Below are positions 19,857 through 30,948 of a stretch of DNA of 64,000 nucleotides, piece by piece. The stretch's first letter is position 1. Each line of letters begins with the position of its first letter. A model generated the notes under the pieces. It was not told the origin of the DNA and did no database searches. It saw nothing but the letters and a program-made list of their open reading frames with translations. Origin of the DNA: a virus; the IMG/VR virus record IMGVR_UViG_3300032893_000005, positions 64,001 through 128,000 of that record. One strand, given 5' to 3'. The position numbers and the translations under genes are program-made.

Positions 19857-20462
19857 ATGAGTGACGAAGGATACGACGCAGGACCTTGGGACAAGGATCA
19901 TCCGGCTCCCACGAGCAGCCCAGCAACTGACGACATCAAGGACCAGCCGATAACGCTTAACGGCATGAAGCTGGCGGACGACGAGATCTTGGTCCTCAAC
20001 ATCCAAGGCCCAGACATCGACGCTGACATGATCCAGAACATCCGCACCTCCCTCCGCAGGGAGCTTGGCGAAGGCCGCGTGCTCATCCTTGGAAGCGACG
20101 ACGAGACGACAGTCCAGATGGCTACCATCAAGCAGCCGCCGTCCACTCTCGCGGTGAAGGTCTCAGGTGCTGAAATTTACAAGGCCGTCAAGAACTACAT
20201 CAAGTCGAACGAGGTCATCCACGCCAAGGTCAAGGAAGCCGTCGAGGAGACGATCAAGAAGGGCGCGGTGCAGAACCAGCTCGACCAGATCGTGAAGCAG
20301 CACTTCACCGGCTGGGGATCTGAGAAGAAGCTGACCGAACTCATGAAGCAGGTCATCAGCGACGACTTCAGGAAGCGCGTCGACGCCGAGATCGCAAGTG
20401 CCGTCGAGAAGGTGCTGGAGCGTGCGGTGTTCGTGATGCCTCCGAAGGACAAGCAGACGTGA
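19857..20462 (+). CDS. Hypothetical chimeric protein: portal-like segment plus helical C-terminus
   Basis: ILVLNIQGPDIDADMIQNIRTSL...RVLILGSDDE followed by a K/E-rich helical domain. Confidence 0.55.
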   Translation: MSDEGYDAGPWDKDHPAPTSSPATDDIKDQPITLNGMKLADDEILVLNIQGPDIDADMIQNIRTSLRRELGEGRVLILGSDDETTVQMATIKQPPSTLAVKVSGAEIYKAVKNYIKSNEVIHAKVKEAVEETIKKGAVQNQLDQIVKQHFTGWGSEKKLTELMKQVISDDFRKRVDAEIASAVEKVLERAVFVMPPKDKQT

Positions 20463-20689
20463 AGACCTTAGTCCTCCTGGCACTGTTCATCTCTGGCTGC
20501 TCGATCGAGATCGGGTCTAACACCAGCATCGAAGAGCAGATGCAGAACTACTGCAAGAAGTGCGGTGGAGTAAGCGCCGGGTTCGTGAACGACTACGGCC
20601 TCGAGCTTACCTGCGTCGATGGAACACACCTGTCGCAGAAGTACGTCGGCCTCAAGGGGACGAAGACCGTACTGGGGAGCTGCAAGTGA
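20459..20689 (+). CDS. Small Cys-rich lipoprotein
   Basis: MKTLVLLALFISGC lipobox; four more Cys. Confidence 0.72.
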   Translation: MKTLVLLALFISGCSIEIGSNTSIEEQMQNYCKKCGGVSAGFVNDYGLELTCVDGTHLSQKYVGLKGTKTVLGSCK

Positions 20690-22865
20690 TCGACTTCAAC
20701 AACTGCATCATGGAGTTCGAGGTTGGACACTACGCGATCGCCGAGGTCGGCGGTGTCCTGACGAAGTACAGGGCATACGAGATCTTAGAGCGACGTCCCG
20801 AAGAAAACCAGCTCCTACTGAGAGATGACAGTAAGGATTCTCCCGTAGAGTTCTGGGTCGACTCTCGATGTTTTCGATACTTCCCGTACAGCGCAGTCGT
20901 CTTCGCTGAGGGTGAGCATAAGACCATCGACGAGCTTCTGCACGAGATCGCCTACTCCTGGGACCACACCTACTGGCCATCGACACTACATAAGGACGAA
21001 GATGGCTTGTTCCACGTCAACAAGCTAACGATCAGCCCGTTCTGGACTGAGTACAAGGGTCAGTACGAGAAGGTCGCGCCGGGGCTCTACGAGTACCTGT
21101 GCCGCATATACGAGGTGATCGAGGAAGCCCGCGAGAAGTTCGGGAAGCCTAAGATGTTCGACGGGACGGAGGTTCAGGATGAGTAACTTTCTGCAGATGC
21201 TTAAGAAGGCCCGCAAAGACCTCATCGACGCAGGCATGAGCTACAGGGACGTGAGCGAGCTGATCACGAACGGCCAAGTCTCCTTCGACACTTCGCTAGA
21301 CGACCAAGCAGAGCAGATGAAGTGGAAGCTGAAGAAGCTTGGACTTAAGGTTGACATAACGACGACCGAGTCGAGTCACTACAACAGAGAGTCACACAAG
21401 ATGTGGGTCCGCCTGTGAAGACGGTTGACATCTACGAGCCTGGCGACAAGATCAGCCTCTACTCGTGCCCGCGCTGCGGTCGCAACGTCTACAACGAGGT
21501 GACAGGTGTCGACTGCTACGGAGCCAACGACATCACCACCTACATCAAGTGCCTAGGCTGTAACTTGCTCTACTGGTTCAGCTCGTTTACTGGCAGAACA
21601 AACACTAACGGGAACGATGCCGCATGAAAACTCTGAAGTACGTCTTAGGATCTGCTGCCATCCTCTACGCGATGGGGAGCCTAGTCATGCTAGTGTCTGG
21701 GCTTCAGGATAGTCAGTGGGGTCCGATGTTCTCAGACTGCAGGACTGACAAGAACCACCTTGAGCAGATCTTCTTACCGGCATACTCAGCCGGATGCTGG
21801 CTGGGGCACAAGTGAGCGCCGCAGACAAGAGGCACGCCAACCACGGAGAAGTATTCAGCGGGTCGATAATGATCCAGCAGGGCTACGCCATAGCCACGAT
21901 GAACACCTGCGCGATGTTCCAAGACCGTGGACTACACGGCTCATCAGGGGACGTCAACGGTAGAGCCATCATGATCAACAGGAGCAACTCTATAATGGGG
22001 TCGGAGGAAGCCTGGGAGAGGAACAAAGCTCTCTTGGAGTCCAACGATGACTAGGCAGCAGAAGATCAACTTGATCAAGGTCCTTCGATGTTCGCTCAAG
22101 TCAGAGAACATCACTGATTACTGTGACGGCGACGGAATAGGTTACTCCAGCACTGCAAGCTACTCCAGAGATGTAGCGGTGAAGCATAACGACGAGCTGA
22201 GGGCGTTCATAGCCATCTTGACTCGGGAAGTGAAGAAGAGTAAGATCTAGGTAGCTCTAGGAGGGACTTATGAGCGATCTGGCTGCATACCTTATCGGTT
22301 TCATCGGATTCTTGATCTTCGTCTACAAGATCATACGCGTTCTGACGCCTCAGAACGACCTCATGGACGCCATCGACACCTCCCTCCGCTTCGCTTACTG
22401 CGAACTCCGAGACGCTGAGGACGAGGTTGGCAAGCGCTTCTACATGAACCAGATTGAGACGCTCAACCGAGCACTCTCTGACGCCGCTCGAGGCGGTGTG
22501 CCGGAGGACTTCGCATGACCTGGGACAAGGCGCAACGCTTCTTCAACGGTGCGATCGTCGGCGCAGGCGCAGCCCTGATCATCGCCTTCGCTATCGGACA
22601 GGTAACTGCCTGGATGTTCTTCTGGTTCGGAACCTGGACCGGGCTAGCGATCGGAACTAAGATCGTCCGGTACTGGAGGAGTCGATGAAGACCACTAACC
22701 AGCCACTCATCCTACCAGCTCCGCGCAAGGAGAAGAACGGCGTCTTCTTTGACCCCTACAACTGGAAGTGCAACACCGACAACGGCAGGAAGAACTCCGC
22801 CGACTCACGCCGCAAGACGAAGTTCAAGCCACGAACGATCGCTGACGTCATCGCAGAGCGTGAGA

Positions 22866-23183
22866 ATGGCGAGCGATAACCACGTCCACATCTTCGTCAA
22901 GCCTTTCCAGATCTGGCCCTTCAAGAAGGTCTGGTATCGATCGCTCTGCGGTCGCGAGAAGTCAGAGTACCCGCACCTAGACCAGGCCGACCTGTCCTGC
23001 AAGCACTGCGCTGCTAGGCTCGAAGATCGCGGGGTCTGGAAGGAGTATCGCAGGTCCCAGATGAAGTTCTCAGCCCTCAAGTCTTTCAGAGAGGCTTTCG
23101 GCGAAGAGAAGTTTGAGAACAGGGCCTTCGCCCTTGAGAACCATGTCACCAGCCTCGACTACTTCACGGAGGATGAGGCATGA
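22866..23183 (+). CDS. Zinc-binding hypothetical protein (tandem paralog 1)
   Basis: H...SLCG...CKHC. Confidence 0.7.
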   Translation: MASDNHVHIFVKPFQIWPFKKVWYRSLCGREKSEYPHLDQADLSCKHCAARLEDRGVWKEYRRSQMKFSALKSFREAFGEEKFENRAFALENHVTSLDYFTEDEA

Positions 23184-23404
23184 CTCACATCTTCCTGATG
23201 CCATTTCGCATCTACCCGTCCAAGAAGATATGGTACAAGTCCTTGTGCGGCGCTGAGAAGTCCGAGTCTCAGCAGGTCGGTTACACCAACTGTCACGTGT
23301 GCGATCACCTCAAGGAGCACAACCAAGTGCACATCATCAGGGCTCAGTTTGACCAGCACGTCACGAGTGCTCCGGTCAGCTTCAGGGTTCCGGTGATAGG
23401 ATGA
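23180..23404 (+). CDS. Zinc-binding hypothetical protein (tandem paralog 2)
   Basis: H...SLCG...CHVC. Confidence 0.7.
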   Translation: MTHIFLMPFRIYPSKKIWYKSLCGAEKSESQQVGYTNCHVCDHLKEHNQVHIIRAQFDQHVTSAPVSFRVPVIG

Positions 23405-23868
23405 AGTGCGACTTCTGCGGAGGCACCGGCTTCCACCTGTCCCCTGACGTAGTAGAGCCGATCTTGATCCCCTGCACCAAGAAGGGCTGCAAGGCTGGCA
23501 AGAAGCCGCCGAAGCCGCCTAAGAAGACCACCACGATGAGCGGCGTCAAGTACGAGTGGGTCGTGATCGAGTGGCACGGCCCGGCGGGATGGGAAGTTGT
23601 GTCGAAGAAGACTGGCGACTTCAAAGAACACATGGCCCAAGTTGCCGAGCGTCGAAAGAACTCACCGCCTGGTCACGTTAAGTCAATCCATGTCTGCTGG
23701 CTCGACGACGTCAGGAACTGGGATGGTCCAGAAGATGTAGTTCTGTCTCTGCACGATCGTCTCGAAGTGAAACACTTCAAGAAGTTTTTGGAGCTTAAGG
23801 AAAAGTATGGTATGGAAGTACTTGAGAAGCGCCCTTACTGGCGCAAATACTTAGGACTGGAGGACTAA

Positions 23869-24315
23869 ATGGACAACTATCAGCAAGAGCGTGCTAAGGA
23901 AGCTGGTCGGATGATCGGCTTCACCGTCGGTGGAACGATCTCGTTCGTGATCCTGCTCCTGTTCTACATGATCGGCTGCCCGCAGTACAACGTGTACCAG
24001 CAGCGCATGGAAGGTGAAGCGCAGCTCGCTCACGCCGAGTACTCGAAGAAGGTTCAGGTCCAAGACGCCCTCGGTAAGCTCGAGGCTTCAAAGTCTCTGG
24101 CCGAAGTCGAGGTCACCCGCGCTGGCGGCGTGGCCCGAGCAAACAACATCATCGGCGACTCGCTCAAGAACAACGAAGCCTACCTCCGCTGGCTCTACAT
24201 CGAGGGCTTGAAGGAGAAGCAGGGCACTGAGGTCATCTACGTGCCGACGGAAGCCGGTCTTCCTATCCTCGAGGCTGGTAAGCGCGTGATGAAGCTCCAA
24301 GAGGAGAAGAAGTAA
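23869..24315 (+). CDS. Membrane-anchored coiled-coil protein related to SPFH/band-7 C-terminal region
   Basis: TM helix; PQYNVYQQRMEGEAQLA...ANNIIGDSLKNNEAYLRWLYI...VIYVPTEAGLPILEA. Confidence 0.75.
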   Translation: MDNYQQERAKEAGRMIGFTVGGTISFVILLLFYMIGCPQYNVYQQRMEGEAQLAHAEYSKKVQVQDALGKLEASKSLAEVEVTRAGGVARANNIIGDSLKNNEAYLRWLYIEGLKEKQGTEVIYVPTEAGLPILEAGKRVMKLQEEKK

Positions 24316-24673
24316 TGACCACCCGGAAGCAGTTTGAAGAAGCAGTCGAAGTAATCCAAGCAGCGCTCCGAGAGAAGCTGGTGATCGATGACCTCTATCA
24401 GCCCACAGGAGTGGACCAGGTTTACATCAACAGTCACACTGCTTGCCCCATAAATTACAGCAGCGACATCGACTTCGGTGGATGGACCGTCTGCGATAGC
24501 CGCAAGCTGTGCATTCGCACGGAAGCTGATGTTCTGAAAGAGCAGCTCGATCAAGCTGAGAAAGAACATAAGGAAAACTTGAGCAAAGTATCTACGGCAA
24601 ACATCCTGTCATCTCACTCTGCTACCAAGGTGGAAGAGCTGAAGATGAAGCTCGCTCAGCTCGGGAAGTATCC

Positions 24674-25039
24674 ATGAACCGTCGTGGCTTCATCCGTGGC
24701 ATGCTTGCGGCAGCAGCGCTCGCCGCTGTTCCGTTCAAGTGGGCGTTCAAGCAGACGTCCAAGGTCTTCACTGGCGCAAGGGCTAGGATCTTCATTAACG
24801 GTAAGTTAATCGCTTACACAGGCGAAGTTACCGTATCCTACGATCCCAAAGATTTATCCATGCATACTATTGGACAGTACAAACCTGAAGAAGTTAATCT
24901 AGGACCAGTTGAGTTCACTGCTACTGTCACGCGTGTAGTAAAGGGTTCTGAGTGGGACAAGCTCATGAGCCTTTCTGACGAAGACCGCGAAGCTCTCTTG
25001 AACGAGAATCCGCCAGTTCGTCGCGAGGACATCACATGA
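24674..25039 (+). CDS. Twin-arginine signal fused to a tail-tube-like domain
   Basis: MNRRGFI + hydrophobic stretch; VFTGARARIFINGKLIAYTGEVTV aligns with LVTGASSKVVVNGKVVGFATNVTI of 47314-47754. Confidence 0.72.
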   Translation: MNRRGFIRGMLAAAALAAVPFKWAFKQTSKVFTGARARIFINGKLIAYTGEVTVSYDPKDLSMHTIGQYKPEEVNLGPVEFTATVTRVVKGSEWDKLMSLSDEDREALLNENPPVRREDIT

Positions 25040-25486
25040 GTCAGCATGACCTTGGCATCATATACGAGAACGAAGTCGCAACTGTGCAAGAGTTCGAGAT
25101 CGAGAACAAGCCGTACGGCTGCCACTCTGAGTACGTCGTCAAGCACAAGACCTTGCCGTGCGTTCCTAAGTGGTTCAACGAGCAAGACGGTTGGGACGCT
25201 CGCAAGAAGGCGATAGCCTACTGCGACAACTACGATAGGCAGATGGTCATATGAAGAAGCCTAAGATCTTAGTCGGATTCTTCAACCAGGCTGGAGGCTT
25301 CACGAAGGGAAGCGTAACGGCTTCGTCCATGACTGACGTCATCATAGAGAAGTGGGCTTACGACAAGCTCGTCGTTGGCCTCAGAGAGCTTCACAAGGAG
25401 CTTATCCTCTCTCCAGACGACGGTATCCGCCCGATAGTAGTTGCCAAGGTAGTGAAGACTCTGCTTGAGGAAGTTGGGGAGAAGCC

Positions 25487-25816
25487 GTGACTAACGGAAG
25501 CTGGATCGGCGTAGACCTTGACGGGACGCTCGCCCACTACGATGGCTGGAAGGGTCCTGAGCATATCGGTGAACCTGTTCCTATAATGATGGCCCGCGTT
25601 AAAACTTGGCTTGCTCAAGGCCGTCGTGTTAAGATCATGACAGCTCGAGCTAGTGATCCCGCACAGGTCGTCCACGTCAAAAAGTGGCTGGTCAAGCATG
25701 TCGGGATCGAGCTTGAGGTTACGAACGTAAAGGACTTCCAGATGGTTGAGCTTTGGGACGATCGGGCAGTGCAAGTGATCCCGAACACAGGCCGAAGAGT
25801 GGACGGTATGCCATGA
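25487..25816 (+). CDS. HAD-superfamily phosphatase (PNKP-like)
   Basis: WIGVDLDGTLA, IMTAR, VTNVKD...LWDDRAV. Confidence 0.85.
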   Translation: MTNGSWIGVDLDGTLAHYDGWKGPEHIGEPVPIMMARVKTWLAQGRRVKIMTARASDPAQVVHVKKWLVKHVGIELEVTNVKDFQMVELWDDRAVQVIPNTGRRVDGMP

Positions 25817-26167
25817 ACACGATCGACATCGTGAGCATGCACGTAGAAGTCCTCGAGATCGCCGAGCAGGTAAGGAATGCTCCTGCTGGCGTTAGCCTCG
25901 ACCTACTTGATGCCCGCCTAGAGGCCATGAAGAGAAAGCTCCTGGCTGACATAGACGAGCGCTTAGAAGAGATTGCGCGAGAGGAGATGGGCTGATGGAG
26001 ACCTACACGACTGAGCCGTTACAGATCCCAGACAACGCCATGAGGCACCTAAGGACGATGTACCCCGGCCACTTCGACGATCAGGAGATCGTTGAGAAGT
26101 TTGTGACTGAGTGCATAATGAAGTTGCTCGATCCCCAGGAAGAGATCAACAAGTTGGAGGAAACCCC

Positions 26168-26353
26168 GTGAAGTACCTTATCCTTGCCCTTGTCCTGATG
26201 GCTGGATGCTCGAAGGGGCCGGACCCGATCGAAGTCTGCCGCGACTACTGCACTGGTTACCTTGACACCATAGTAAGGATCGGGACCGAGCGCAGCGACA
26301 ACCTTTACCACTGCCGCTGCAGCAACAGCGGGAAGAGGAACGGCGATGAGTAA
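26168..26353 (+). CDS. Small Cys-rich lipoprotein
   Basis: GGAGG RBS, GTG start, KYLILALVLMAGC lipobox; CxxxC and CxC. Confidence 0.7.
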   Translation: MKYLILALVLMAGCSKGPDPIEVCRDYCTGYLDTIVRIGTERSDNLYHCRCSNSGKRNGDE

Positions 26354-28012
26354 GGTTAAGATGACCGTAGCCAAGCTGAAGACGATCAAGGAGATGCGGG
26401 ACCTAGCCCTCAAGCGCTTCAACAAGCTGGACGCGCAGCTCCGTAAGGCCTGCACGCATCCCAAGCGCATGTGCTACACTACCGAGAGCTACCATACCGA
26501 TACCCTTGGGAACAACGGATACGGTGAGTACCAAGACCACTGCGGCTGCTGCGAAGCTTATCTTGGAGAGTCTTATAGAGCTGACGACCGTCGCTACGGT
26601 GGTACCATGAACGAGCCAAACTACGAACTGAGAGAGGACTAACGTGAGGTACCTGGTCAAGATAACCTTGCCTGACGGCGAGCAGGTCGAAGGTCAAGTA
26701 GTCCATCCCGACGGCCCGGACGGGCCAAAGCCTAAGGATCTTCGGCAGGCTCGCGAGATCGCTAAGAACATGCAGTGGCTGGACCAGAATGACGGTGAGT
26801 CTGTCAACGTCGTGAACAAGAAGAAGATAAAGGTGTGGGAAGCATGAGATCGATAGACTTCGGAGAATATGGACAGGGCGCTCGCTGGGTAACGCTGGAG
26901 CAGGCTGACGAGGCCAGAGAACTTCGACTAAGCTGTCAAAGCGGCATAGGTCAAGTATTCATGCACAAGGAGTACGGCGACATCATCATAGCGTGGCCTG
27001 TGAGCTTTGACTCGCACTACCAGCCCGGCCAACCCACCAAGCACACTATCCATTACAAGATCGAGGGTGAACATTCACCTGGTTCCTACTACGCCGACAT
27101 GAGGGGTAATCCGTTCCTGTACAACTTCGAGTACCTAGGGGAGTTCGGAGACATGCATGAAGATTAACGCTGGGTTCGAGCAGAAGGATAAGACGCGCAT
27201 AGTCTGGATCATTGACCAGAACCTCAACGTAGTGAGGGTTCGCGCCAGGTACAGAGCTGCGTTCTCGAGCTGGTCGTACACGTCCGTCGACGGTAAGTCA
27301 GGCGGTTCCCACCTGTTCCCGTACTATCCGACCGTCGGCATGGGACGTCGCTCCTACTACGGAGACGGCCCGCACTACACGACTCGCAGCGAAGCCGTCG
27401 AAGACCTGCGCCCCATCGTACTGAAGGTCATGCGAGAACTCAGGAAGAGCATGCGAAAGGCCTTGAACTCACAGCTCGAAGAGTTGCGGAGTAAGCTCTG
27501 ATGGAGACCGTGGAGGAACTCAAGGCTGAGGTCAGTCGCTTATCCACCGAACTGCTCGAGTGGGAGACTTCCTACACGGTAAAGCGCTTCAACAAGAGCA
27601 TCGCCCAGTCGATCCAGGACCTCGTGATGACGATCGGCTATCGCCACGATCCGAAGCAGTTTAAGATCATGCTGCCCCAGACTGTCATAGACATCTTCAA
27701 CGAAGAGCGCGACGAGTTCAACGACCGCGATACGAAGGTTACCTGGGACGCAGAGACTAGATCTCTGCAGCGCTTTCCTGTTAAGATAAGGAAAAACTTC
27801 CTAGAGTACATGGGAGTCGAAGTGGAGCTGGTGCCTTATGAGTAGGGAAGATATGATCGACGACCTAATAACGGCTGACGTTAAAGAGATCGTAGACGCT
27901 GTCAAAGCAGGCAACGAGTACACGCCAGGCGACATCCGCCACATCCTCGCTTACGGTCGTGGGTACGATACCTGGACCGACGAGGAAGTCTTGAAAGAGT
28001 GGAAGGAACGGC

Positions 28013-28531
28013 ATGAGTGACGAGATGTTCTCAAACTTTGGCTCTGACCAGTCTGCGGTCCTTGACACAAGCGCTGTCCTGACTCAGGAGATCATCGAAG
28101 AGGCCGCGCAGCGTTGCCTGGACAACTTTGGCCAGTACGATCCGCCTTACATGGTCAGTCCTGAGACCTACGCCCACCTTGAGCTGCACCATAACCCCGT
28201 CTTCTACGACATCGTAGTCGAAGCGTACGTCACGCACCGTGGCCGGGTATCCAAGCGCCGGTTTAAGAACATCCTAAAGATGCGCAAGAAGCTCTTCGCA
28301 AAGATCATGATGGAGCACCTGTCCAACGAGAACGCCCATACCGTAGGCCGCCAGATCTACATGGCGATGGGAGCCAAGGCTGCGTGCGAGGAACTCGAGA
28401 AGTACCAGGACTCACCGGCCAAGGAAGCGGCACTCGCCCTGGTTACCTCCAAGGACCCTATCCGCTTCACGACAGACCACGTCCCTACCGGCTTCAAGCT
28501 CTACCGAGGCGAAGATGGTACAGACACCTAA
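28013..28531 (+). CDS. Hypothetical protein with capsid-like N-terminal segment
   Basis: VLTQEIIEEAAQRCLDNFG...YMVSP. Confidence 0.55.
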   Translation: MSDEMFSNFGSDQSAVLDTSAVLTQEIIEEAAQRCLDNFGQYDPPYMVSPETYAHLELHHNPVFYDIVVEAYVTHRGRVSKRRFKNILKMRKKLFAKIMMEHLSNENAHTVGRQIYMAMGAKAACEELEKYQDSPAKEAALALVTSKDPIRFTTDHVPTGFKLYRGEDGTDT

Positions 28532-28830
28532 GGCCCAGACGTTCGAGCAGCAGGTCGAGGAGTTCTACTACTCCGTCATCGGAAGCCCGTACACACCCGG
28601 CATAGAGGACAGCGTGATGAACATGCTTATCTTCTGGCAAAGATGCTACGACTCTGGTACTATCACCCATCAGCAGTTCGAACTGGCGAAGCCTTACGGT
28701 TTTAAGCTAATAAAGGCCATAAGGAATGTAGCGCACCGAGGATATGCCGGTCAGATAGAAGAAGCCGTGTGGATAGATGCACCGAACTACGATGCGAAGT
28801 TTAAGTACAGAACATAAAAGGAGAACTAAC

Positions 28831-30039
28831 ATGAAGACCAAGAACCAAGAAGATAAGCCTGCGACCCCAGTCCCATCGCTGCTGACGTACTCTGCACTGA
28901 AGCGTCAGACACGCCTGACGGATGAAGAGATGATGCTCATCGTCCGTAAGTACTTTGCCTGCGAAGGATTCTTGAGCGAGAAGACTGAGGCTGCAATTAA
29001 CAGCCCTCTGTTTAACGACTATAACTTCAAGTCAAGACTCTTCATCGAAATACTTAAAGTCGAGGCTTCGTCTATGAAGCTGTACAATAGTGAGGACATA
29101 TACGACTACATGGTCGACACCAAGCTCATCAACAAGAGCGCAGAGTCCCGGCTTGCTGTCATAAGCACCGTGAGTAACCTCGTGAACGACGGCAAGCTTC
29201 GCGGCCTAGACTACGCACTCGTGAACTTCGACAACGGCAAGCGAGAGAGTAGGCTCTACCGCTTCGAAGACGTGCAAGGCCGGATCATCAAGAAGTTGCT
29301 CAAGCATGTGACCGTGAAGTCGCACCGCGTGGTGAAGGCTGAGCCCGTGATCAAGGCTGGCGAAGGGAAGAAGACCATCATCAGGAAGAGTACTACGGTT
29401 ACCCAGCCAACTTCGAAGGAAGTGTCCGAGCTTAAGGCTCAGCTCGCGTCTGCCAACGAAACGATCGTGCGCATGACTGCGGAGAACGAGTCTCTGAAGG
29501 AAGAGCTGAGGACGCTCAGGAACTTGGAGCGGAGCAGTATCCAGAAGATCTTGGAAGCTACGACCAGCATCGAGGAGAAGCTGTCCAAGTCCGCGCCGCA
29601 GCCGACGCCAAGACCAACCGCAGAAGTCGCCCAGCCCTTGCCCATAGACCAAGTTTTGGACATACCCGTATCGATCACCGATGCTCGGCTGACGACGCCA
29701 GACAACCACCTGTGCCTGGTGCTACTCAACTACCTAACGCGGACGAGGGGTCCGTACACCACCAAGGTTGAGACCTTGAACTTGTGGGAAAAGTGGCTCG
29801 ACGACGCCACTGACGGAAACCTCCTGCCGGGCCAGATGTACTGCGTAGTTCACAACTACGTCCTCGGTGTCTTGAACAACTACACGTTCCTGCAGTCTCA
29901 GTTCTCCAACCTGTACGACACTACCAAGACGTACCTGACGGCGAACGCTGAGGGTAAGAAGAACTACGTGAACTTGCTTGGGCAGTGGCAGGCAAACACC
30001 AACCGTACCGTTCCAGTTACTGGTAACATCGTCGTATGA
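28831..30039 (+). CDS. Coiled-coil protein, possible DNA-binding regulator
   Basis: AAAAGGAG RBS; central heptad region EVSELKAQL...EELRTLRNLE; Pro-rich linker. Confidence 0.7.
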   Translation: MKTKNQEDKPATPVPSLLTYSALKRQTRLTDEEMMLIVRKYFACEGFLSEKTEAAINSPLFNDYNFKSRLFIEILKVEASSMKLYNSEDIYDYMVDTKLINKSAESRLAVISTVSNLVNDGKLRGLDYALVNFDNGKRESRLYRFEDVQGRIIKKLLKHVTVKSHRVVKAEPVIKAGEGKKTIIRKSTTVTQPTSKEVSELKAQLASANETIVRMTAENESLKEELRTLRNLERSSIQKILEATTSIEEKLSKSAPQPTPRPTAEVAQPLPIDQVLDIPVSITDARLTTPDNHLCLVLLNYLTRTRGPYTTKVETLNLWEKWLDDATDGNLLPGQMYCVVHNYVLGVLNNYTFLQSQFSNLYDTTKTYLTANAEGKKNYVNLLGQWQANTNRTVPVTGNIVV

Positions 30040-30948
30040 ACAAGGGCGACGTCGTCAACCTCACAGAAGACTTCGAGTACCTGGGCGTCGGGCGCACGAG
30101 CCTCGGCGTCATAGTGAGCATAGCAGACACCGATGTAGAGGTGAAGTTCGTCGGTCGTCGTGGTACGATCATATGTCAACTGGATGAGTTAAAGGTGGTG
30201 CAAGATGGAGAAGAACGTAATGGCTAAGGTGTACGTAATTGCGTACCTGATCTTACTGGGAACGCTGCTCGGCTTCGTGGCAGGCGGCATCGTCCAGAAG
30301 CACGAGATGAAGCCGATCGTACTGCACGACTTCAACGTGGGCCGGAACCAGGGCTTCGTGATCGGCTGCCAGTTCGCAGCCTCGAGCATGCGCGGGGTCG
30401 ATCCAGGTGATCCGTTAGTTGAGATGTACAAGGAGTGGTGCACGAAGAACGCGATGGCCTTCAGCAAGATGGCGGATAAATGAAGATGATCAACGAGGTC
30501 AGGATAAAGGCTCCCATGCGCCAGGTGATCGAGGTTCCAGACGCTCGGTACGACCGCGAGTGGAAGACCTACTTCTTGCCGATCACCGTCACGGAAGAGC
30601 ATCCTAAGGACAGTAATCCCATATCAGAGCTTGTCACGATCTGCCTCAACGACAAGGCAGACGCAGAGAGGCTCATCAGCCTGATCAGGAAGGCGACGAG
30701 GAAGATCAAGTGAGCGAGTACGGCTATCACTACAACGTGATTCAGACCAACGGCGAAGGCTGGCACGTCCTGACCTTGATGGAGGACTACCAGCAGCATG
30801 GGTATGAGTCGTTCGGAACGATGGTCGACGCGAAGACTGGCGTCCTCTGCATACTGATGCGCAAGCCGATGACCGCCGAAGAAGCTAGGCAGAAGCGCAT
30901 GAAGTGGGCCATTGACCAAGAGCGTCGTGAGAAGAAGGCTAGGTCAAA

